From positions 852 through 64,851 of the forward strand of contig JAZQVI010000068.1 in NCBI GenBank assembly GCA_045631745.1: 64,000 nt of DNA, read 5' to 3'. Position numbers and translations under genes: made by a program. Numbering within the stretch: position 1 is the first letter of the stretch; each line of letters begins with the position of its first letter. The stretch comes from Eubacteriales bacterium. GTDB taxonomy: Bacteria > Bacillota > Clostridia > Oscillospirales > CAG-272. Of the stretch, positions 18,820 to 27,544 are shown piece after piece. The notes under the pieces are model-generated. The model ran no database searches. It saw only the letters and a list, made by a program, of their open reading frames with translations, and was not told the DNA's origin.

Positions 18820-19164
18820 TCATAAAATGTGTTCCTCTTTGAGCTTTCCCAGCACAAGCCGACAAAGCTGCTCGTCTGTAATTGCCACAGCAGAGATTCT
18901 GCTATTCTTCCCCAGCGCCCTCGCCAGGGTGTCACCGTCAACCCTCAGGCGTTTTTTTTCAACGCCGTAAAAGTCGCAACGGTCACGGAGACGCTTTTGG
19001 GTGTTCTCGGAGTTATCCGACGCCTCCACCACCAGGAAAATCTCTTTTTTCGCTTTCAGCGCTTCGCAAATCAGGGGCGTGCCGTAAATCAGCTTGCCCG
19101 CCTTGGCGCAAAGACCAAGCGCACGAAGCACGTCTGAAGCACCTTCCCTCTCGATCATTTTCAC
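18820..19164 (-). CDS. ylxQ: L7Ae/L30e-family RNA-binding protein (YlxQ-like)
   Basis: [13 protein letters not shown]..., ~114 aa, conserved position between ylxR and infB. Confidence 0.7.
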   Translation of the reverse strand: MKMIEREGASDVLRALGLCAKAGKLIYGTPLICEALKAKKEIFLVVEASDNSENTQKRLRDRCDFYGVEKKRLRVDGDTLARALGKNSRISAVAITDEQLCRLVLGKLKEEHIL

Positions 19165-19439
19165 TCTCCCTGATCGAGAAGATCCTGCTCCATCGCGTCG
19201 TAAACCGTCTCGGGAATCTCACATTCCAAAACGCGATCCAGCCGACGGCTCTTTCTTGCCTTTTGCAGACACTTGACCGAGCGGCAGATGTATGCGCCTC
19301 TTCCCGATTTTTTTCCCGTAAAATCCAGGGAAACCTGATTTTCGGGACTTCTTACGACCCGCAAAAGCTCGGACTTCGGCTTATGCTCGTTGCATCCCAT
19401 GCACTGACGCATCGGGATCTTCTTCACCTTTTTTTCCAT
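19161..19439 (-). CDS. ylxR: YlxR/RnpM-family (DUF448) RNA-binding protein
   Basis: MRQCMGCNEHKPKSELLRVV...GRGAYIC. Lies downstream of nusA and overlaps ylxQ by 4 nt. Confidence 0.8.
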   Translation of the reverse strand: MEKKVKKIPMRQCMGCNEHKPKSELLRVVRSPENQVSLDFTGKKSGRGAYICRSVKCLQKARKSRRLDRVLECEIPETVYDAMEQDLLDQGE

Positions 19440-19441
19440 GC

Positions 19442-20485
19442 TTAAACGTCCAGATCGCTGTCGTCTGCCTTGATATCGATCTTATAGCCGGTCAGTCTTG
19501 CCGCCAAGCGAGCATTCTGACCCTCCTTACCGATGGCAAGGGAAAGCTGGTCGGGCTCAACACGTACGCGGCAGCTGCGCTCCCCGGTAACGGTAACCGA
19601 GAGAACCGACGCGGGTGCCAATGCAGCCGCAACATATTCCTCAATGGATTCACTGTATTTTACAATATCAACCTTTTCACCGCGAAGCTCGTCAACGATG
19701 CCCGAAATTCTTGATCCGTGGCTACCGATACAAGCGCCTACGGGATCAACGTCGGGGTCTCTGGACATGACTGCGATCTTGGTACGGGATCCTGCCTCAC
19801 GGCTGACACCCTTTACCAAAACGATTCCGTCCGCGATCTCGGGGATCTCCAATTCAAACATTCTGCGAACCAGTCCTGCATGTGCGCGGGAAAGTGTTAC
19901 CAGAGGTCCGCGGCTCTCCTTGTTGACCTCCATGACGAAGACCTTGATCTTGTCATCCACGCGGAATCTCTCGCCGGGGATCTGCTCGGATCGGAGCAGA
20001 ACTGCGCGGCTCGTGCCGGTATCCAGCACGACGTTTCCGTTCTCGGGATCCACCTTGCTCACGGTCGCTGTAATAATCTCCTCGTGCTTATCCTCATAAG
20101 CCTCCTGCATCGCGCGGCGCTCGCCCTCACGAATGCCCTGAATGATAACAGACTTTGCGGCTGCCGCACTCAGACGGCGGAAATCCTTGGTCTTTACCTC
20201 GTATTCCAGCACGCTTCCGACAGTCGCTCTCTTGGACTTGAGCTTTGCATCCTCCAGGCTGACCTGCGTCTCGGGGATCTCTACAACCTCAACAACCTCC
20301 TTCTGCTGATATACACGCACATCCTTCTTGGCGGGGTCGATCAGCACACGAACGTTGGTGTTGTTTCCGTACTCCTTTTTGTACGCCGAAACAAGAGCGG
20401 CCTCAATCTTTTCGATCATGTAGTCGGCCGGGATTCCCTTTTCCTTCTCAAGCAACTCAAGGGCAGTAAAAAACTCTGAATTCAT
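19442..20485 (-). CDS. nusA: Transcription termination/antitermination factor NusA
   Basis: MNSEFFTALELLEKEKGI..., S1 and KH regions (ACIGSHGSRI, LAIGKEGQNARLA). 347 aa. Confidence 0.93.
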   Translation of the reverse strand: MNSEFFTALELLEKEKGIPADYMIEKIEAALVSAYKKEYGNNTNVRVLIDPAKKDVRVYQQKEVVEVVEIPETQVSLEDAKLKSKRATVGSVLEYEVKTKDFRRLSAAAAKSVIIQGIREGERRAMQEAYEDKHEEIITATVSKVDPENGNVVLDTGTSRAVLLRSEQIPGERFRVDDKIKVFVMEVNKESRGPLVTLSRAHAGLVRRMFELEIPEIADGIVLVKGVSREAGSRTKIAVMSRDPDVDPVGACIGSHGSRISGIVDELRGEKVDIVKYSESIEEYVAAALAPASVLSVTVTGERSCRVRVEPDQLSLAIGKEGQNARLAARLTGYKIDIKADDSDLDV

Positions 20486-20521
20486 TCTTCTGTATCCTTT
20501 CTCAATCTATCTCACTCTTGA

Positions 20522-21010
20522 TCATTTCTCGTCATCAAAATTGTAGCGCGTACGCAGAGATGCAACCGATGCACGGGGGAAGGAAATTTCCTCTCCGTTC
20601 GGATCTGCGGCAATTCTGATCGCGCCGTCCTCGCCCAAGGGGAGCAGCTCTCCCGTATAGGTCTTGGAGCCGTTCACAGGAGCATACAGCCGAAGCTCCA
20701 CACTCCAGCCCTCGCTCGCCTGAATGTGACGGTCGGTCTTGAGCTCGCGCTCAATTCCCGTGGAGGAAACCTCCAGGTGATAGAAGCCCTCGATGGGATC
20801 TGCCTCGTCCAGAACAGGATCGATCGCGCGGTGCATTTTCTCGCAATCATCAATGGTAATCCCCTCTGCCGAATCAATGGTGATCCGCAAATAGTAATCC
20901 GCGCCCTCCTTGACGTATTCCACGTCCCAGAGCTCGTAGCCGAGAGACTCCGCAATCGGCTCTGCCAGCTTCTTTACCGTCGCTACAACGCTTCCGCCAC
21001 TTTTTTTCAT
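20522..21010 (-). CDS. rimP: Ribosome maturation factor RimP
   Basis: 162 aa, directly upstream of nusA. LGYELWDVEYVKEG...YLRITID pattern. Confidence 0.85.
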   Translation of the reverse strand: MKKSGGSVVATVKKLAEPIAESLGYELWDVEYVKEGADYYLRITIDSAEGITIDDCEKMHRAIDPVLDEADPIEGFYHLEVSSTGIERELKTDRHIQASEGWSVELRLYAPVNGSKTYTGELLPLGEDGAIRIAADPNGEEISFPRASVASLRTRYNFDDEK

Positions 21011-21124
21011 GGGTTGACTCCGTTCATCTTATTATAGTATAGCAATTTCGTATTTCTCAAAAATTAAGAGCGGGTCCTCTCCGAAAACCCACTCCAATAC
21101 TCTCATCTTATACTACCATGACAT

Positions 21125-21153
21125 AGTATATCACAGTTTTTTCAGTTTTGCAA
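21125..21153 (-). promoter_or_regulatory. sigma-A type promoter of the rimP-nusA-infB operon
   Basis: Minus strand TTGCAA (21153-21148), 17-nt spacer, TATACT (21130-21125). Confidence 0.5.
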
Positions 21154-21215
21154 CCCTTTTTTGAATTTTTTTTGAATTTTGACAACATTTTAAGGAAGAT
21201 TTTTTTAAAAAACCT

Positions 21216-21262
21216 TCAAAAAGCGTATGGCAGGACGCCAAAGTGCACCTTCCATACGCTTT
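21216..21262 (-). terminator. Terminator after recG
   Basis: aagcgtatgg / ccatacgctt stem, followed by TTTT on the minus strand. Confidence 0.55.
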
Positions 21263-21266
21263 TATC

Positions 21267-23426
21267 TCAGCTAATAAGTCCCGATTCAATAGAAAACATT
21301 CGTCTTGCGCGCTCTGCAAGCCCGGGGCAAGAGGCAAGCTCGCGATCTGCCCGCAGAAGTTCCCTTGCGTCCTCGGTCGCCTGCACCATTAGCGCAAAAT
21401 CCTCAGAGGTGCTTGCCAAACGAAAGCACAAAGCACCACTCTGGCGGACCGATCCGTCCGAAGCATTTCCAAGAAAATCTCCCGGTCCTCTCTGCGCCAA
21501 ATCCTGCTCGGCAATCGCAAAGCCGTCGTAGGTGGTGTGCATGACGTGAAGTCTTTGTCGGGAGGTCTCGGAGATCGAGCCGCCCTCTCCTCCCGCAACC
21601 AAAATACAGTAGGATTTCCGCGACCCGCGTCCAACTCGTCCTCTGAGCTGATGCAGCTGGGACAGTCCGAACCGCTCTGCGTTTTCCACAATCATCAAGC
21701 AGGCGTTCGGAACGTTCACTCCCACCTCGATCACGGTTGTGGAAACAAGGATCCCAATCTCTCCCTCCGAAAAGCGCCGCATGATCTCTTCCTTTTCGCG
21801 GCTCTTCAGCTTTCCGTGAATGAAGGCAACCTCCGTGCTCGGAAAGACCTTTGAAAGCTCCGCCGCATATGCCACGGCAGCCTTGAGAGGCGGCTTCTGC
21901 TCCGCAAACACCGATCCATCCACCGGATTCAGGTCGCGAAGCTCTACCTCGTCAGGCTCAATCTCTTGCTCCTCAACCGCAGGGCATACCACGTACACCT
22001 GCCCACCCTCCAAAAGCTGCTTTTCAATAAATCCATTCAGACGAGCACGATAGGATTCGTCCACCACAAAGGTGTCTACCCGCTGTCTTCCTGCCGGCAT
22101 CTCATCGATGCGAGAAAGCGCAATATCTCCGTACAAAACCAGCGCAAGGGAGCGCGGGATGGGGGTTGCGCTCATGACAAGCAGGTGCGCGTGTGCATTT
22201 TTTTGAGAGAGCTGCGCCCTCTGACGAGCACCAAAGCGATGCTGCTCGTCGGTGATCACCAATCCCGGACGTGCAAATTCCACGCCGTCCGACAACAGGG
22301 CGTGTGTGCCGATCACAATGTCCAGTCTTTCCCCCTCGTGCTCGGAAGCAAGCGCTTCCTTGATCTCGCGCTTCTCCTTTGCGGTAGATGCGCCGATCAG
22401 AAGCGCACAGGAAATTCCCATCGCCTCAAAGTAGGGAGAAAGATCAAGATAATGCTGACGTGCCAGGATCTCCGTCGGCGCCATTAGAGCTGCCTGCCGT
22501 CCGCTCTGAACTGCAATCAGCATCGCCGCTGCTGCACAGACCGTCTTTCCGCAGCCCACATCTCCCACGATCATACGCGCCATGGGCGTACTCCTTGCCA
22601 TATCCCGACGGATCTCCTCGATCACACGCACCTGCGCCCCGGTCAGATGGTAAGGAAGCTGCGCCGTCAGACGGCTGATGTCGCCGTTTTCACAAACAGG
22701 CGCATCGTGTCGCCCGGTCTGCTCCTGAGTCATGGATACGCCGAGCGAAAAATCGAAAAACTCCTGATACACCAGACGCCGTCTCGCAATCATCAATTCC
22801 TTTGCGGTATCCGGCTGATGAATGTTACGTTCCGCGAAGGAGAGCGTGCAAAGTTCCCTTCTCTGACGGATCTCTACGGGCAGAGGATCCTCTATATCCC
22901 CACCGAGCAGGGAAAGTGCCGTAAAAATATCCTTTTCCACCTGCTTCTGCGTCAGCCCATCGGTCAGACGCCACACCGCGCAGAGAGATCGCGGTGGCAT
23001 TTCCTCCACCCACGCCTCTGCCACGGGAGAGGACATCGAAAAGCCGTTCCGTCCCTTTGGCTCCACACGTCCCCAAAAACGGAATTCCGACCCAATCTGA
23101 AACTTGTCCTTGAGGTAATCCTGGTTAAAATATACGATCTCACAGGAGGCGCTGTCATCATAGGCGCGGAACTTCAAAAAGCTCTTATGACTGCGAAGGC
23201 GAACAACCTTGGGTGCAGTCGCAACCGTGAGCACCACTGCGCTTTTGCCATCGGCTCGGGCATCGGTCAGAAGGCGGATATCTCCTCTATTCTCGTACGC
23301 TCTCGGAAAATGTGCCAATAAGTCTCCCAAGGTAAAGATCCCAAGACGCGCATAGCTTGCCGCGCGCACCTTTCCAACGCCCCCAAGCACCGTAATCGGA
23401 GATTCTCTTGTGATGTTTCCCGCCAT
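21267..23426 (-). CDS. recG: ATP-dependent DNA helicase RecG
   Basis: 719 aa. Helicase motifs GDVGCGKT, DEQHRFG, and the C-terminal QLHQLRGRVGRG. Confidence 0.92.
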   Translation of the reverse strand: MAGNITRESPITVLGGVGKVRAASYARLGIFTLGDLLAHFPRAYENRGDIRLLTDARADGKSAVVLTVATAPKVVRLRSHKSFLKFRAYDDSASCEIVYFNQDYLKDKFQIGSEFRFWGRVEPKGRNGFSMSSPVAEAWVEEMPPRSLCAVWRLTDGLTQKQVEKDIFTALSLLGGDIEDPLPVEIRQRRELCTLSFAERNIHQPDTAKELMIARRRLVYQEFFDFSLGVSMTQEQTGRHDAPVCENGDISRLTAQLPYHLTGAQVRVIEEIRRDMARSTPMARMIVGDVGCGKTVCAAAAMLIAVQSGRQAALMAPTEILARQHYLDLSPYFEAMGISCALLIGASTAKEKREIKEALASEHEGERLDIVIGTHALLSDGVEFARPGLVITDEQHRFGARQRAQLSQKNAHAHLLVMSATPIPRSLALVLYGDIALSRIDEMPAGRQRVDTFVVDESYRARLNGFIEKQLLEGGQVYVVCPAVEEQEIEPDEVELRDLNPVDGSVFAEQKPPLKAAVAYAAELSKVFPSTEVAFIHGKLKSREKEEIMRRFSEGEIGILVSTTVIEVGVNVPNACLMIVENAERFGLSQLHQLRGRVGRGSRKSYCILVAGGEGGSISETSRQRLHVMHTTYDGFAIAEQDLAQRGPGDFLGNASDGSVRQSGALCFRLASTSEDFALMVQATEDARELLRADRELASCPGLAERARRMFSIESGLIS

Positions 23427-23612
23427 TTTCTCACCTCCCCATCATTTGGAAACCTACCTTCATTATAAGCAAAAAACGAACGTTTGTCAAGCAGGAAAAG
23501 AAAAAGCCCCCTCCGACAAAAAAGCCGCACACTCCCTATCTCGCGACATAAACTGATAGCAGAAGGGCGCTCCCCTTGCGTTCCGCCCTTCAATTCAATT
23601 CGGAGGAATACC

Positions 23613-23738
23613 ATGAACAACAACTGCTTGTGCCAACTGTTTGACAACAACTGGGTATGGCTGATCATTCTTGCCATCGTTCTCTTCTCCTGCTGCGGAT
23701 GCGGCAACACCTACGGCGGCGGTTGCGGATGCCACTAA
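23613..23738 (+). CDS. Tiny (41 aa) Cys/Gly-rich single-TM protein
   Basis: MNNNCLCQLFDNNWVWLIILAIVLFSCCGCGNTYGGGCGCH*. GGAGGAA lies 4-5 nt upstream of ATG 23613. Hairpins follow downstream. Confidence 0.55.
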   Translation: MNNNCLCQLFDNNWVWLIILAIVLFSCCGCGNTYGGGCGCH

Positions 23739-23790
23739 GGTAATCACACCCCGGGGGGCGCGAATGCGCCCCCAACTCCCCAAAGATAAA

Positions 23791-23832
23791 TCAAGCGGCA
23801 ACCTCGCTCGGAGATTGCCGCTTGATTCTTAT
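23791..23832. terminator. Bidirectional terminator between the tiny peptide gene and the convergent ECF S-component gene
   Basis: tcaagcggcaa / ttgccgcttga 11-bp stem, T-rich on both sides. Confidence 0.65.
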
Positions 23833-24368
23833 TCTTTATCCCTCTCAAACACATTCCATGTGTCAAGAGCCCTGCTCTTTTTCAGCACTCGTTCAAGAAG
23901 AATTCCGAGTGACATACCAACGAGTCCCTGCAATACGTTAAAGGGAATCGCAGCCAGCGCCGCTCCGAACCCATAAAAGAAGCCCTCGAACACATAGTAG
24001 CCCAAAACCATCAGAATCTCCGCCAGGAGAGCCGCAATGATCTGAACCGTCAGCTTTCTGTTGCTTTTGCAAAGCAGCTTCTGCGTCCAGTAGATGACGA
24101 GCACCATGCCGCCCTTAATAAGGAAGGTCACAGGCGCGTACATCGCATACCCCGAAAAAACATCTGCCAAGCAGGACCCGATTCCCGCCGCAAGAAACCC
24201 GTATGTCGGAGACAGCAGGAAGGCTGCCAGAACGACGGGCGCGTCACCCGCGTGGATGTATCCCAAGGGCGTTGGCAGTTTAATCAGTGCGGTCGCTGCA
24301 CAAATCAGCGCAGAGATCAGAGATGCCAAAACGAGCTTTTTGGTTGCATTTTTAGATCTGATTTTCAT
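23829..24368 (-). CDS. Polytopic membrane protein, ECF-transporter S-component-like (substrate unknown)
   Basis: 179 aa with about 5-6 hydrophobic segments. The LPTPLGYIHAGDAPVVLAAFLLSP motif resembles ECF_trnsprt-type S components as I recall them. No ECF A/T genes are adjacent. Confidence 0.5.
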   Translation of the reverse strand: MKIRSKNATKKLVLASLISALICAATALIKLPTPLGYIHAGDAPVVLAAFLLSPTYGFLAAGIGSCLADVFSGYAMYAPVTFLIKGGMVLVIYWTQKLLCKSNRKLTVQIIAALLAEILMVLGYYVFEGFFYGFGAALAAIPFNVLQGLVGMSLGILLERVLKKSRALDTWNVFERDKE

Positions 24369-24401
24369 AACAGGAACCTCTTGTAAAAAATACTTTTACA
24401 C

Positions 24402-24430
24402 ATTATAGCACGCCAAAAACAGAATTGCAA
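24402..24430 (-). promoter_or_regulatory. sigma-A type promoter of the S-component gene
   Basis: Minus strand TTGCAA, 17-nt spacer, TATAAT. Confidence 0.55.
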
Positions 24431-24459
24431 TAGGATTTCCCTATTTTTCGCGGCTTTTC

Positions 24460-27402
24460 TCACGGTTTCGGATCGAAACCAATTCCCCACTTGACAAAGG
24501 AATAATCCTCTCTGAACCGCTCGCAATATCCGTTCTTCCAACACTTCTCAAAGGTAAAGTTGTTCGGTCCGACAAAATGCGGTTCTGCAGTCATGCGGTG
24601 ATGCGGGCCGAACAAATTGCGATTGGAGAAGCAAAGGGTGAGTGTGATCGCGTTTTCTCCCTCGTGCAGATGGGGAGCAAGCTCAAAGGTATCCGAGAAG
24701 ATCTGGACGCCGAGATCCTTGCCGTTGATCTCCACTCCGCAGGTGGCAAACCGACCGCCGAGAGTAAGCGTCGTAGGATCTCCCGTGTGATAGGTAAAGG
24801 TCGCACTTGCTCGAACGCTGCCTCTGAAGAAAACAAATCCGTCACGGTTGAAATCGGTCAGATTGACCGTCTCCTTCGCTGCGTCCAGGAAGAACTCTCC
24901 CGCATTACGCCAGATACCGGGCTGATCCGATGTCCACGCCCCCTCGGAATACACTCTGAAATCCCCAAACAAATAGATGGGCTCGATCTCAGCGTCAAAG
25001 GTGAGACAGTTTCGGAGTGTTTCACTTCCGCCCCCATAGAGGACATCATAAACCTCTTGCCTCTGCGCGTAGTCAAAGGAAACAACCACGTCGTTCTCCC
25101 CTGCTTTAACAAAGGGAAGGATATCCGCTCCCAAAAAACGGGGATCAATCCGTCCATCCGATTCAAGCGCGACTGCCCTTCCGTTGACCGTCACCGTCAT
25201 CCCCTTGATCGGCTCAGCAACCAGCCGCAGACTGCTCGGAACGGCTTTCACCTTGAAGGAGTAGAGCAAATCGACCCTTCCCTCGAAGCGGTCGGTAAGA
25301 AGCTCATCCCGAATACGGCTCCAGGAATACCATTCACTGAACGCACTGCCATTGAGAGAAATCCTTGCGCGATCCATCAGCAACGCGTTTTCCGAGGTCT
25401 CCAGCAGGCGGAAGGTGTTTGGCAAGGAAATGGATCTCTGTTCCCTGCTTTTTTCAAAGGGCAAAAAATCTGCTTCGCATTCTACCAAAAGGCAGGATGC
25501 GGAATCCTCAAAATCATAAAGAACCGTCACCGATCCATCTGAATTTCGTGTTCCTCTGAGAGGACATAGCGACAGGGTGTCGGTGCGAAGTTCCATCAGC
25601 CCCTGACAGTTTTCCACGCAGATCTCGGTATTTCGGTATACATTCGGTGAGGTATTCGCCAAGAAAATAATTCTTCCCATCTCGCCTTTTCTAATCTGCA
25701 TATGCAAGGGAACGCCCGCGCCGTTGCTTGAAACAGTAACACCCGAGGCCTTTTTGAGATCCTCATAGGTGAGATTGGACTGCAAAAAGCTCAAGTCGGA
25801 GATCCGTCCGTCCACACGGCTCGGATGATCGCCCAATACACACACCTTGCCCCCTTGCGAAAGATACGTCCGCAAAAGAGCAACGGTAGAGGAATCCAGC
25901 GTCTCGCAATCGGGAATCACGACGTAACGGTAGGTGCATTTTCCAACGCGAATGCGATCTCCCTCTACCGATCCCATCTGCCCGAGAATCGTCTCGTCTC
26001 CAAAGTGGTAGGCGATCTGATCACTCGACAGCCGCTCCACCCAAGAAGCAAAGCTGCTTTCAAGCGCCTCCAATTTTTCTCTTGTCTGATTTTTGATAAA
26101 GTGGAGATATGCACTGTGCATGGGGTGAATAACCAGCACGTCGGCAAGCTCCTCTCCCTCCGAGAGTGCCGCGCCCAGACGCTGAAAATGGGTTTCAAAC
26201 TGTCGAAACTCGCGGTGCCACGGGCTGTGCTCCGAAAAATGATGGGGATAGTCGCGCTTTCTCTCGCCGCGCTCGGAATAGGCATACAAATGCTCACAAA
26301 GAAGATTTGCACCGCCCGCCATCTGCAATTCGGCAATTCGCTTGAGTTCTCTCGGAGAAACGTCCCAACCGCACGCGGCAAAGGTCTCTGTGAGAGCAAC
26401 CTTTTTGCCTGTCTGCGCACACACCGAGCCCAGCTGGCGCGCACCGCTGACGTTCTTGATACTCCGCCCGAGATAATCGATTCCCGGAATGTGCTGGTAG
26501 AGATAGAAGGGCATCACACCGCCGCAGCAGTGCATCTGATCGCTCAGACCCCATTCCTCGATCCCGTGCCCCGTGAGCTTAACCCCGTGGTCAGTGCACC
26601 AGTCGTAGATAGGCTTCATAAAGCCTTCGTAAAAGGAGCGGTGACAGTGTAGGTAATAATCGAAGCGAAATTCCTCCGCGCCCTTACAATCTATGAACAG
26701 GGCGGGGAGATTGTCTCGCACGTCATACCCGAACCGCTCGCGGAACGTGGTCAGAAAACAATCCGACCAGGGGGTACCGTTGCGGAAATATTGAGGCTCA
26801 TCGGTGAAAAAGCCCGGCATGACCGTTCCAAAATCCTCACCCAGCTCCCGGCGGTATCTCTCATGCGTCGCCTCAATGAAGCGATGCGTGACCGCAGGAT
26901 TCATGGTGTCCACGTAAGAGAAATCGCGTATGCGGCGAATGACGGTGTATTCCTTCGATCCGTCGGGCGCGCTCAATCGCACAGCCCCCTTGTCCGAGAT
27001 CGAATAGACACCAAGGATGTCCTCTCTCATCTCGGGAAATGCATCCGTCGTCTCACAGATCAAACCGCACGCATGGTTTTGGGGATCGCGAAGCAGCTCT
27101 CCTCCCGCAAATCCGGAGGGCCAGCCGTTTTCATCGTACGCCCACGCCTCCATGCCAAGCTTTTTTGCTTCATCCACACAAGCGCGTACAGCATCAAACC
27201 ATTCCTTCGACATATATTCCGTCTCAAGCCCACCTCTGGCATGCATGAAAAAGCCTCGCATCCCCAGTTCGTGCATATCCCGAATCTGGCGGCGGAGATC
27301 CGCCTCGCAAAGACGGTCGTTCCAGCTCCAAAAGGGAATGCTGCCATGAACGGGCGCATTCTTTTCTATTTTTTCAAGCAGATAATCAATTTTTTGACTC
27401 AT
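24460..27402 (-). CDS. Large cytoplasmic glycoside hydrolase (TIM-barrel N-domain plus beta-sandwich C-domains; possibly GH106/alpha-L-rhamnosidase-like, family uncertain)
   Basis: 980 aa, no signal peptide. The N-terminus PFWSWNDRL..RQIRDMHELGMRGFFMHARGGLETEYMSKEW...AKKLGMEAWAYDENGWPSGFAGG matches a pattern I associate with uncharacterised or GH106-type hydrolases. Confidence 0.55.
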   Translation of the reverse strand: MSQKIDYLLEKIEKNAPVHGSIPFWSWNDRLCEADLRRQIRDMHELGMRGFFMHARGGLETEYMSKEWFDAVRACVDEAKKLGMEAWAYDENGWPSGFAGGELLRDPQNHACGLICETTDAFPEMREDILGVYSISDKGAVRLSAPDGSKEYTVIRRIRDFSYVDTMNPAVTHRFIEATHERYRRELGEDFGTVMPGFFTDEPQYFRNGTPWSDCFLTTFRERFGYDVRDNLPALFIDCKGAEEFRFDYYLHCHRSFYEGFMKPIYDWCTDHGVKLTGHGIEEWGLSDQMHCCGGVMPFYLYQHIPGIDYLGRSIKNVSGARQLGSVCAQTGKKVALTETFAACGWDVSPRELKRIAELQMAGGANLLCEHLYAYSERGERKRDYPHHFSEHSPWHREFRQFETHFQRLGAALSEGEELADVLVIHPMHSAYLHFIKNQTREKLEALESSFASWVERLSSDQIAYHFGDETILGQMGSVEGDRIRVGKCTYRYVVIPDCETLDSSTVALLRTYLSQGGKVCVLGDHPSRVDGRISDLSFLQSNLTYEDLKKASGVTVSSNGAGVPLHMQIRKGEMGRIIFLANTSPNVYRNTEICVENCQGLMELRTDTLSLCPLRGTRNSDGSVTVLYDFEDSASCLLVECEADFLPFEKSREQRSISLPNTFRLLETSENALLMDRARISLNGSAFSEWYSWSRIRDELLTDRFEGRVDLLYSFKVKAVPSSLRLVAEPIKGMTVTVNGRAVALESDGRIDPRFLGADILPFVKAGENDVVVSFDYAQRQEVYDVLYGGGSETLRNCLTFDAEIEPIYLFGDFRVYSEGAWTSDQPGIWRNAGEFFLDAAKETVNLTDFNRDGFVFFRGSVRASATFTYHTGDPTTLTLGGRFATCGVEINGKDLGVQIFSDTFELAPHLHEGENAITLTLCFSNRNLFGPHHRMTAEPHFVGPNNFTFEKCWKNGYCERFREDYSFVKWGIGFDPKP

Positions 27403-27452
27403 TTCGTGCCTCCGTAGAACTCATTTAGGCTTCGTACAAGTTTTACTACCCC

Positions 27453-27481
27453 AGTATAGCATAATTTCATAGAAAAATCAA
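27453..27481 (-). promoter_or_regulatory. sigma-A type promoter of the 980-aa hydrolase gene
   Basis: Minus strand TTGATT, 17-nt spacer, TATACT. Confidence 0.5.
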
Positions 27482-27492
27482 TGATGTAATAA

Positions 27493-27530
27493 CAAAAACC
27501 GCCTCCGCAGAAAAAATTCTGCAGAGACGG
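27493..27530 (-). terminator. Terminator after the second P-type ATPase
   Basis: ccgtctctgcag / ctgcggaggcgg stem (with G-U pairs) followed by TTTTT on the minus strand. Confidence 0.6.
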
Positions 27531-27544
27531 TCGTTCTGTAATTT

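Noticed and set aside
23613-23738. Interpreting the Cys-rich 41-aa peptide as a RiPP/lanthipeptide/sactipeptide precursor.
   Set aside because: No radical-SAM, LanM/LanBC, cyclodehydratase, protease or ABC exporter genes are adjacent (the neighbours are recG and an S-component-like membrane protein). The central segment looks like a TM helix rather than a leader/core arrangement.
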